DNA from: Macrostomum hystrix
Taxonomy: Eukaryota; Animalia; Platyhelminthes
DNA: 64,000 nt
Direction of reading: 5' to 3'
Assembly (NCBI GenBank): GCA_950097015.1
Contig: CATNEN010000003.1
Location: forward strand, 15,500,001-15,564,000
Below the pieces are notes generated by a model, which did no database searches, had not been told where the DNA came from, and was given only the letters and a program-made list of their open reading frames with translations. Of this stretch, positions 49,601 through 58,232 are shown piece after piece (the stretch's first letter is position 1; each line of letters begins with the position of its first letter). A program made the position numbers and the translations under genes.

Positions 49601-50864
49601 AGGCAACATTTTTCTTTTGGAATATTTGCTTCTGTTTGCATTTCCTTTGCATCTTCGATTCAAATAATTTCGTTGCTTAAAATACTATACTAATGTATGT
49701 TTTGTGATTTCAGCAGAAAGAAATTCAAAATTCATTTTATACTACTTGATTTTATTTAGTAGCATTTTTGCAAAAATGCTCTTATTTTCTAATATGCGTC
49801 TAGAATTTCGCTTAGAAAAATTCATTCGTTTAATAAAAATCTAGAAAACTATTAAAAACCCTGTTATTTGAGCCAACAATAATTGTTCATAAATTCCTAT
49901 AACAGAAGAACTATTTAAACTAACAGTTACAGCTAGAGATTACTATTTACGCTCGATGTAAATATTTATAGTGTCTTCTAGGCTTACCAATTATATATGC
50001 CAACTAAATATGTATTCGTTTTCGTATTTAAATTTGATAAAAAAATTGAGAATTTCTTCTTAATATAATTACTATAATTTGAAGCATAGGGTAAATTTAA
50101 AAGAATGGATGAGTTTTTGTGTTAAAATACGTTTTTTGCATAGCGGCAAAATTTAACTACAACAGTACCGACTAAAAAAATGATTCAAATTTGATGAAAG
50201 TATTAAAAATGTCTTTTAAGCTTGATGATTATAATTTAAAGCATCGCGCCAATTTAAATTGAGTTCTTCGTTTTCGTTTTAACATGCTTTTTTCTATACA
50301 TATCGGTTGGACTGTATTATCGCCATGATTAAAGTTATGTATTATTCGAAACATGTATGCCTTTCTTCATTGACAAATACTCATACAAGCACATACACGT
50401 TTTTCAAAACATATCGGCTTCTCTCTACCCTTGAAAAAATCTCAGCCGTGACTGTGGAAGGCGCCGTAGCCGCCCAGCGTCAGCTAGCCGGTCGCATTGG
50501 CGAGCCTGGCGATCCTAAATCGCAGCGCTATTTTCACATCCCATTCGCTCGTCCGTCCGAGTTGAATCGCGGCACGGACGCCGATCAGCACTCCGGCGGG
50601 CAGTGGTGGGCCCACTTCGACGGCCGCTGGATCGCTCGCCAGATGGAGATTCAGCCCGGCCAGCCGGCTGTGCTACTATTAGCCGGCGTTGACGATATGA
50701 ACATGTGCGAATTAGGCTTAGAAGAGACCGGCCTGCCGCAGAAGAAGGGCGCCGAGATTACAGCCGCAGAGTTTAATCGCGAATGGGAGAAGCACGGCGG
50801 CGCCGCCCTGCTCAAACAGCATCGAGCTGCGATGTCGTCTCTGTTTTTGAAGAAAAACATGTGA
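29177..50864 (+). CDS. MYO6: Unconventional myosin VI
   Basis: Exons 29177-29290, 29373-29442, 29529-29602, 30155-30449, 31216-31478, 32338-32418, 33504-33684, 36074-36531, 38901-39526, 41945-42473, 46092-46514, 47399-47729, (48915-48941, 49083-49103), 50446-50864, all phase-consistent. [11 protein letters not shown] start, P-loop GESGSGKT, switch [10 protein letters not shown], switch II DIAGFE, reverse-gear insert-2 ([17 protein letters not shown]), IQ, E/R/K-rich SAH, cargo domain [23 protein letters not shown] and [13 protein letters not shown]. Confidence 0.97.
29636..30057. repeat. Intronic minisatellite, 20-bp unit CCTAAATCTAAAACCTAGAT
   Basis: About 21 tandem units. Confidence 0.95.
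30596..30898 (+). mobile_element. SINE family B, internally deleted copy
   Basis: GGGGTCAGTGGCCGAGC head and body matching the reverse complement of 16150-16474. Confidence 0.8.
30984..31185 (+). mobile_element. SINE family A copy
   Basis: GGGGTTGTAGCCTGGTGGTTTGGGCGTCGG head, GGTTCGATTACC B-box, body matching the reverse complement of 5030-5256. Confidence 0.82.
31570..32100. repeat. Intronic minisatellite, ~20-bp unit AATCCAAAACCGAGGTCCTT
   Basis: Tandem units with a repeated higher-order block; related short array at 26880-26980. Confidence 0.92.
32691..33109. mobile_element. Non-autonomous DNA transposon (CMC/EnSpm-like MITE), copy 1
   Basis: Termini CCCGCTAAAAA...TTTTTACAGGG, 2-bp TSD TG; 419 bp, nearly identical to 51259-51677. 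Confidence 0.88.
34150..35385. repeat. Intronic minisatellite, 39-bp unit CAGCCCTTTATCCTCTCTCTCTTCAGTGCTTCAGGCAAT
   Basis: About 31 units; explains ORFs 34148..35458 and 34188..35150. Confidence 0.97.
37490..38770. repeat. Intronic minisatellite, ~27-bp unit ATATAATCCCACTCTATTCCCAATCAG
   Basis: Long tandem array with minor variants. Confidence 0.96.
39615..41792. repeat. Two abutting 21-bp intronic minisatellites (AAATCTACCCTTCTAATCAAC, then AAATCCATCTATCTAATCTAC)
   Basis: Switch between related units at ~40860; almost G-free on the + strand. Confidence 0.97.
42530..43420. repeat. Degenerate CT-rich tandem repeat (TCTCATCTCCCCGTG-like)
   Basis: Begins right after the myosin donor at 42473; creates the spurious low-complexity tails of ORFs 42081, 42574 and 42623. 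Confidence 0.9.
43894..44781 (+). CDS. Intronless GT32 (DXD sugar-binding) glycosyltransferase, SUR1/CSH1 mannosyltransferase-like, nested in myosin VI intron 10
   Basis: N-terminal type II anchor, [39 protein letters not shown] (DxD), [22 protein letters not shown]-terminal HTQSW; TATA-like ~43843 and AATAAA ~44905. Confidence 0.92.
   Translation: MRIVRAVLAALCLAYIVFFFIVSFKNNLKARIAYQLTNQPDLNASENVDKLQSDRFITRIVHHSWKVRQLPTKRAEAWSASWRKCFPNWQWRLWTDEDNLALVRDHYPWFLPVYLSFSKSIERADVARYFYMFHYGGIYTDLDNVCIRNFEHLLNSTALLFGGMDGIYDNEPLLGTYVQNSFMASRPGHPFWMRLISLIMIYKLHGRPRDNGRPAYITGPEVLMEELRQYRRGAFKDAQIYPGMYFNPFSWYRNNVTACKDLGRMTDVDEARCIAAFPNAFVVQLHTQSWLLGHL
45039..45290 (+). mobile_element. SINE family B, internally deleted copy
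   Basis: GGGGTCGGAGTGGCATAGCG head, B-box-like GCTCGATTCC, 3' end GCAGCCCTCGTGCAATTA. Confidence 0.82.
45291..45773. mobile_element. MITE with 28-bp terminal inverted repeats
   Basis: TAGGTTTTTCCGGTCAAGTAGCAGACTA ... TAGTCTGCTACTTGACCGGAAAAACCTA, flanked by TA (or TATA depending on boundary); inward subterminal CAAGT/ACTTG repeats. Confidence 0.88.
46555..47200. repeat. (ATT)n microsatellite followed by a degenerate ~14-bp repeat GACCGATTGTTAAT
   Basis: Read directly. Confidence 0.85.
47925..48720. repeat. Intronic minisatellite, 34-bp unit GGGTAGGGTAGGATGAAATGACTGGTCATTCATT, degenerating into a dimeric higher-order form
   Basis: About 12 clean units then diverged units; palindromic core AATGAC-TG-GTCATT. 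Confidence 0.93.
48915..48941 (+). CDS. MYO6: Putative 27-nt myosin VI microexon (DSHSPTASS)
   Basis: TTTATAG|...|GTGAGT, symmetric phase 1, no stop. Confidence 0.65.
49083..49103 (+). CDS. MYO6: Putative 21-nt myosin VI microexon ((S/A)KPAVKQ)
   Basis: Long T-rich tract plus ATTTCAG|...CAAG|GTAAAT, symmetric phase 1, no stop. Confidence 0.65.
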
Positions 50865-51258
50865 ACTGGTGTTTTCAGTTTTAGAAAACTAAAATAATAC
50901 GCAACAAAACTACTTGCTTTGATCTAAGTAGTATAAATAGACTTTTTGGTTTTTTAATTCGGTTCTTTTGTTTACTGTTTTATCCTCGCTTCGTCAAAGT
51001 ACTTATTTAGCCGATAAGTTTTTCTAAATTTCTAACTACACTTTCGTAAATTAACTGAGAAGGCTGTCTTATCAGAATAGATTAGCTGCTAATTAATTTC
51101 GTTAATTCATTACTTTCATCGTCTGATTATCATAATATTTTGCTATTCTAGTTCTAGTAGTGTAGTATTAGAAGGAAAAAACTAACTACTTGCTCATTTC
51201 AGAAACATAATACAAATACGTTCTGTACTACTTAGGTAGCGTTGGTTTTAAGTAGCAT

Positions 51259-51677
51259 CCCGCTAAAAAATAGGGATGTTTCTTTGGGTGATTCCAGTTG
51301 GAATCTGCGGTGTTTCCAGAAAAAGAAACAGCCGACCGCTGGAAACATACCAATCGGATGATTCCATGCTTAGAATCTACCCAACTGGGCGTTTTCTCGG
51401 AGCTTCTTGGTGGCGAAATGGAATCACCCAAAGAATCCTCCAGTTCGGAAGATTCCATGCTCAGAAACCGCCGAGGAATCGCCCGTAAATAATTATCTGG
51501 TTGTCCCATGGGCCACTGTTTCGGGTGATTCTTCGGCGGTTTCCGCACAATTTTCGGTTACATCGGCTGCTTCCTCGGTGGTTTCTTTAACTCTTGCGAG
51601 ATAGGGGGGGATTTTCGTAGATTCCACTCCTATTTTGCACAAAAACCCGCCGAAGAAGCAGCCGATTTTTTACAGGG
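51259..51677. mobile_element. Non-autonomous DNA transposon (CMC/EnSpm-like MITE), copy 2
   Basis: Same 419-bp element as 32691-33109, here with 2-bp TSD AT. Confidence 0.88.
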
Positions 51678-53199
51678 ATAGAGTGAAAAAAAACAGAAAA
51701 CATAAATTACGAATGCAGTATACTTTTATAATCACATAAATTTTTTTAACAATTGGCATGGTAATTTTATTTCGTAAAAATGCACTACTTTTTTATCATA
51801 TACTACTTGATAAATTCAGATTTTATTATTGGCTTACCACTCTGCTATTATTAAGTAGCTTATGACTATTTATACAAGAAATGCACGTCATTGAATATGC
51901 ATGTTATTCGGGACCAATGCTGTCAGTTGTTTGATTTCAATTACAAATTTTCAGTTCCAACCGACACCAATTTCTGCTTCTAGAGGCATTCCTTTCTATG
52001 CGACCGCATTGTTATTTTTTCTATTCGTTGTTTAGACTGTTCAAGCTTGTCTTCTATCAACGGATATTTATGAACTAGTTTTCTTTAGTTTATAAATTTC
52101 ACCTGTCGCTCACCTAGAAAACTACTTATTGCTTTGTTTATCCTTGCGCCTCTTCTAGCTAATAAAAAATATTGACGTTCCTCCACGCTTTGATTTGTGA
52201 TTCCTAATCAATTTTTAAGTGTTTTTTTTCAGAATTTTAGCACTTATTATGTTCGTTATTAGCTATTACTAAACCTGAAGCTAATTACTACTTTCCTACT
52301 ACTACTTAACAGTGCACATAGTACTACTATCAGTAGAAATGTCTTAAAAATAATCATTTCTTTTCTAGGTTTGAGTTTCGTTTTATTTTATTAAGCAATT
52401 GTTGAAACTAAACATTCCATTTTGTTCGTCCTATTTGTTTTATCCAGGGTTTTTAAGTCGATTCGATTTGCTTAATTAAGGGTTTTTTTGGTTTTTTTTA
52501 AATGCTTTGGTGTCCACCCTGTGTGCGTAGGCTCGTGCCAACTTCTTATTTAGCAACACAATTCGACCTGGAAATATTAAAATCTAGTTATTATCATAAC
52601 TGCTCTACTTGTAATGATGTTAATTTAGTCAATTTGTTTTTTTCTGTATTCGAGATCAGTAAAGAAAGATAGCCAAAGATTGTTATTGAAGCAAAAAGTA
52701 TTTTTTTGTTTAAACTGACCCACCAGCTAGCGCACATGTTAAAAAATTCTTTTTTAGCACATTTTAGATTAAAATTTTTTTTAACAAACAATATCTGATA
52801 AGACGCTAGATTTTCCAACATAATGTAATATAATTTGACATGTTTTTACACTTTATTTTACCTACTGACACAAAAGCACGAATATTGATTTTAACAATTT
52901 CTATTTTAACAATAGAAGTTAGCATACATATTTAATTTAACAGGACTATTGTACTTTATTTATAACATTTTATATACTTCTAACTACTTCATATGTTATA
53001 AAACTTATTTTATTGTCAATTAGACTCACTGTGTCTACTACTTTTTATGTCTTGAATAAAATATATGTGTTATTATTTCACTAAGCTTTAATTTTATTAG
53101 GACACCGACATAATTTGCCAATTACTAGTTCTCTGCTTTGATTGCTTTCGTTATAATCTTGAACTGATCTTGTGCCAATTTTTTTCGGCTTCTGGTCTT

Positions 53200-53650
53200 T
53201 TAGTTGGTCCTCGTTTTCTTCTACAACAGGTCCTCGTTTTCTCCCACAATACCTGGTCCTCGTTTTCTCCTACATTTGGTCCTAGTTTTCTTCTACAACT
53301 GGTCCTCGTTTTATCCTTCTCATTGTCCTCATTTTCTCCTAAATGTGGTCCTCGTTTTATCCGTCTCCTGGTCCTTGTTTTCTTCATATTTGGTCCTCGT
53401 TTTCTCCTACACCTGGTCATCGTTTTCTCATACACCTGATCCAAGTTTTCTCCACATTTGGTACTAGTTTTATCCTACCTTTGGTCCTTGTTTTATCCCA
53501 CATTTTGTCCTTGTTTATCTGACTCCTGGTCCTCGATTTTATTGTACACCACCCGGTCCTCGTTTTTTCTGACTCCTGGTCCTCGTTTTCTTTGACTTCT
53601 TGACCTTCAGTTTGGTCCTCGGTCCTCATTTTCTCCGACTCCTGGTCCTT
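53200..53650. repeat. Degenerate tandem repeat built on GGTCCTCGTTTTCTCC
   Basis: Motif recurs about every 24 bp. Confidence 0.85.
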
Positions 53651-53719
53651 CACTTCTATAATATCTGGTTTCAGACGATTACGGGCCTATTTAACGCGCT
53701 TCTATCGTTTTAATTTCAG

Positions 53720-55929
53720 GCCGAAGAACAAGAAATTAACCTGCGCTGCCTGCTGCTCTCCTCCAAGGAGGGTGTACCGCTTGGCGAAATCACCAGGGAC
53801 TATCGTGTCCTAGCATCCAAACAGTTGGATCTGAATGGCAAATCTAGTCTGGTTGAGTATCTGTTATCCCTTCCTCATGTTGTCAGGTTGAGACCAGATC
53901 CATCAGCTAGCGGCGGCTACACCTGCTTCGGCATTGTGACGGAATCTGCCAGAGGAATTGTCGATTTAATTAGTCGCCAAAAATCTAAAAGCAAGAAAAG
54001 ACGCAGCAGACGCAAATTGATAAGTTCGAATCCTTCAATTAGTCGTCAGGTGGCAAATTGCTCGAAATCTAAGCCGCCTTCGCTGCCACCTCCGGCTTCC
54101 CGACAATCGTTGACACACGTGCCGTGAGTTTTACTGAATTTCTTAACAGGTCATTAACGTAGAATAGTTTTCTACGCTTCTTTAGACTAGCTTTCTTCGA
54201 TTCCTTAGATCAGCTTCCTTCGATTCCTGAGATCAGCTTCATTCGATTCCTTAGATTAGCTTCCTTCGATTCCTTAGATCAGCTTCCTTCGATTCCTTAG
54301 ATTAGCTTCCTTCGATTCCTTAGATTAGCTTCCTTCGATTCCTGAGATCAGCTTCCTTCGATTCCTTAGATTAGCTTCCTTCGATTCCTTAGATCAGCTT
54401 CCTTCGATTCCTTAGATCAGCTTCCTTCGATTCCTGAGATCAGCTTCCTTCGATTCCTAAGATCAGCTTCCTTCGATTCCTGAGATCAGCTTCCTTCGAT
54501 TCCTGAGATCAGCTTCCTTCGATTCCTTAGATTAGCTTCCTTCTATTCCTTAGATTAGCTTCCTTCGATTCCTGAGATCAGCTTCCTTCGATTCCTTAGA
54601 TTAGCTTCCTTCGATTCCTTAGATCAGCTTCCTTCGATTCCTTAGATCAGCTTCCTTCGATTCCTTAGATTAGCTTCCTTCTATTCCTTAGATTAGCTTC
54701 CTTCGATTCCTTAGATTAGCTTCCTTCTATTCCTTTGATTAGCTTCCTTCTATTCCTTTGATTAGCTTCCTTCTATTCCTTAGATTAGCTTCCTTCGATT
54801 CCTTGGATTAGCTTGCTTCGATTCTTCAGACTAGCTTCCTTCGATTCCTTAAATTAGCTTCCTTCGATTCCTTAGATTAGCTTCCTTCGATTCCTTAGAT
54901 TAGCTTCCTTCGATTCCTTAGATTACCTTCCTTCGATTCCTTCGATTCTTCATGCTTTCTACCTTCGACTCTTCAGTCTAGGTTGCCTTGAACACCCCAA
55001 TCGTTTTAATTTGTGTTGACACGAATGTAATAAATACACACTTATGCATTTCACACAGACCCTATAATCTTCGAAGTCAACAAAATCGAATATTTAAGCC
55101 GCTGCAGCAACTGCAACAAGTACCGCAGCAGCAGCAGCAGCAGCAAAAGAAGACTGCAGGTCAATCTATTCGACCCCTCCTGCAGGCGCAGCCGTCGCGA
55201 AAGCCTCTTGGCTTCTTCGAGACCTGCTGCATCGACCTATTCAGCACGAGGCTGATCGGTCATGAATTTATTGCGCGCTATCAATTATTGGATTCGGAAA
55301 ATCTCGCAGCCATTGAAACTGTGACAGCGCTATCGTTGAAGAAATCTGTTAGATCGGCTATTGATGAGGCTGAAGCTCTTTTGAAACAATTATCAGACAA
55401 ATTTGGCGAAAATCTTTTCTGCGGCATAGCTAGCAAGGCCGACATATTTCTTAATGACGAAGTCTACCTGTTGCAAGTTGACAAGAATTTAGTCCGATGC
55501 ACTCTGACGCAGTTTGATGGCAACTACGCCGAGGTGCTTCTTACAGACGGACCAGTTTGGGGTGTTGGTCGCACTCGAATTAAACTAGATAGACTGATTC
55601 GTCTGCCACCGGCTTGTCGCGTGTTGAGTAGGCGTTTATTAAAATTCTTCACTAACAAGTTAGATAACAATAACGATAACAGCGATGCGATTGAAGCTGA
55701 AAGAATCGGATTGGCTCAACAGATAAGCCTGGCTAGGATAGGATTAGCCAGTTTGCCGCCTATCTGTGCCTATGTCCGTTGTCAACTAAGAAATCCTTAC
55801 ACAATCGCTGCTTCTGCTAACGGAATGAAATCTGATATCAACGACTGGCTGCCGGCTAGGAAAATCCGTCTGTTGGTACCAGGCGATAAGGCTGTCGGAG
55901 CGTCTCCGCTGGTTGAACTACTGGATTGA
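53720..55929 (+). CDS. LOTUS (OST-HTH) domain protein with degenerate Tudor region, TDRD5/Tejas-like; start codon not located
   Basis: Exons 53720-54123 and 55059-55929 (phase 2 join). INLRCLLLSSKEGVPLGEITRDYR...LVEYLLSLPHVVRL...TESARGIVDLISRQK fits an extended LOTUS domain; LVRCTL..AEVLLTDG..IKLDRLIRLPP and LPPICAYVRCQL resemble an extended Tudor fold. Confidence 0.8.
54185..54950. repeat. Intronic minisatellite, 23-bp unit GATTAGCTTCCTTCGATTCCTTA
   Basis: About 33 units. Confidence 0.96.
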
Positions 55930-56024
55930 ATTTCTGCGTTTTTTTAAAGGCCTCGACTAATAAGACCATCGAAGTTTAATTTGTTCTTTTTATTTCCTTT
56001 TAGCTGTAGTTTTAATCGTCCTGG

Positions 56025-56600
56025 GGGATTCCCTGATCGCTCAGGTGTAAAAAGTCATTAGGGATTCCCTGATTGGTCAGGTGTAAGAAATCATTAAGGA
56101 TTCCCTAATTGGTCAGGTGTAAGAAGTCATTAGGGATTCCCTGATTGGTCAGGTGTAAGAAATCATTAGGGATTCCCTGATCGCTCAGGTGTAAGAAGTC
56201 ATTAGGGATTCCCTGATTGGTCAGGTGTAAGAAGTCATTAGGGATTCCCTGATTGGTCAGGTGTAAGAAGTCATTAGGGATTCCCTGATTGGTCAGGTGT
56301 AAGAAGTCATTAGGGATTCCCTGATTGGTCAGGTGTAAGAAGTCATTAGGGATTCCCTGATTGGTCAGGTGTAAGAAATCATTAGGGATTCCCTGATCGC
56401 TCAGGTGTAAGAAGTCATTAGGGATTCCCTGATTGGTCAGGTGTAAGAAGTCATTAGGAATTCCCTGATTGGTCAGGTGTAAGAAGTCATTAGGAATTCC
56501 CTGATTGGTCAGGTGTAAGAAGTCATTAGGAATTCCCTGATTGGTCAGGTGTAAGAAGTCATTAGGGATTCCCTGATTGGTCAGGTGTAAGAAATCATAG
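56025..56600. repeat. Minisatellite, 36-bp unit GGGATTCCCTGATTGGTCAGGTGTAAGAAGTCATTA
   Basis: About 16 units just downstream of the LOTUS-Tudor stop. Confidence 0.96.
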
Positions 56601-57129
56601 TAAGAAAAAAAGTTTTTTAGTCTCGCGTTTCCCTGATTGGCCTATTGTTCTAGTTGCTAAGGCTTTTTTTGTTGCTGTAACTTTCCTTGTGCGAACAAAT
56701 AAATTTAGATTACGCTCATAAATTAGTTGTATTTTTGTGTATGTAATTTCTTGAAAACGCATTTTAGTTGAGAATAACCTCTTTCTTATAGAATAAGAGC
56801 CCATTAGTTTTCACTCTAACGTGAAACTCTAATTAACATATTTTCCGGTCCAGCGCTATTATAGCTTTCAAAGCACCAAGACTTCTTTCATTTCCTTGCG
56901 TGTCAAGGCAGTAAATTTACTAATTTCATTTTTCTCACGACAAAAATATTTTTTCGCTAGTTTGTTCTATTTTTATATCCCCAAAATTCAAATGGTGCCT
57001 TTGTTTGTGTTCCATTTGTGCGAATAAAATCCGCTTCTTCAAACTAAAAAGTAACGGCACAAGCCTTGTCTTAAAAGTGCACTATAAGAAAGTTTTCTTT
57101 ATCCTATTTGGGTTCTTTGATAACTAAAA

Positions 57130-57725
57130 TCGGATCTTTAAAGTCTGATTTGGCATCTTTGATGTCTGATTTGGGATCTTTGATGTCTGATTTGGGATCT
57201 TTGATGTCTGATTTGAGAGCTTTGATGTCTGATTTGGAATCTTTGATGTCTGATTTGGAATCTTTGATGTCTGATTTGGGATCTTTGATGTCTGATTTGG
57301 AATCTTTGATGTCTGATTTGGAATCTTTGATGTCTGATTTGGAATCTTTGATGTCTGATTTGGGATCTTTGATGTCTGATTTGGGATCTTTGATGTCTGA
57401 TTTGGGATCTTTGATGTCTGATTTGGGATCTTTGATGTCTGATTTGAGAGCTTTGATGTCTGATTTGGAATCTTTGATGTCTGATTTGGAATCTTTGATG
57501 TCTGATTTGGAATCTTTGATGTCTGATTTGGGATCTTTGATGTCTGATTTGGGATCTTTGATGTCTGATTTGGGATCTTTGATGTCTGAATTGGGATCTT
57601 TGATGTCTGATTTGGGATCTTTAATATCTGATTTGGGATCTTTGATGTCTGATTTGGGATCTTTGATGTCTGATTTGGGATCTTTGATGTCTGATTTGGG
57701 ATCTTTGATGTCTGTTTTGGGATCT
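57130..57725. repeat. Minisatellite, 21-bp unit TCTGATTTGGGATCTTTGATG
   Basis: About 28 units; explains the (KDPKSDI)n ORFs. Confidence 0.96.
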
Positions 57726-57827
57726 TCGGATTCAGAAAGGCATCCAAGTTGAAATAGTTTTATTTCTAAGTTAATCAAATTATAGCAAATATTTTTTCTT
57801 GTATTTTCTTAACAATCGCAATTTCAG

Positions 57828-58232
57828 GATGCTGTCGTGGCGCCAGTTGAAGGGGAGGATGCTGAGCAGCAGCAGCAGCAGCAGCAGCCAGAAGTGTCTG
57901 AGCAAGAGCTGTATCTGCGAGCTGTACTGCTCTCGGCTAGGCGAGGCGTTCCACTGCCCTCTCTGGAGCGTCAGTATCGGCGCCTGTGCTATCGGCCCCT
58001 GGAGTGGAGTTTCGACGGCCGTCACCCGAGCCTGCGCCATTATTTAGAGTCTTTGCCCCACGTTGTCCTATTGGAGGTGTCCCAGAATGGTCGCCGGATT
58101 ATCTGTCACGGAGTTGTAACGCCCAGGACTGCTCACATTGTGAGCCTGATACGTGCCGAGCGACCGCAGCCTCCGCCCCCGCCTAGGCCGGTGATTGTTG
58201 TGAATCCGTTCGATTCGGCCCCTGCAGCTTGA
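57828..58232 (+). CDS. LOTUS-only small protein, paralog of the upstream LOTUS domain; start codon not located
   Basis: Acceptor ATTTCAG|GAT in frame; EQELYLRAVLLSARRGVPLPSLERQYR...LRHYLESLPHVVLL...CHGVVTPRTAHIVSLIRAE aligns with 53720-54000; Pro-rich tail then stop. Confidence 0.8.
   Translation, partial: DAVVAPVEGEDAEQQQQQQQPEVSEQELYLRAVLLSARRGVPLPSLERQYRRLCYRPLEWSFDGRHPSLRHYLESLPHVVLLEVSQNGRRIICHGVVTPRTAHIVSLIRAERPQPPPPPRPVIVVNPFDSAPAA

Noticed and set aside
57104-57778. (KDPKSDI)n heptad ORFs resembling coiled coil
   Set aside because: 21-bp minisatellite open in several frames on both strands.
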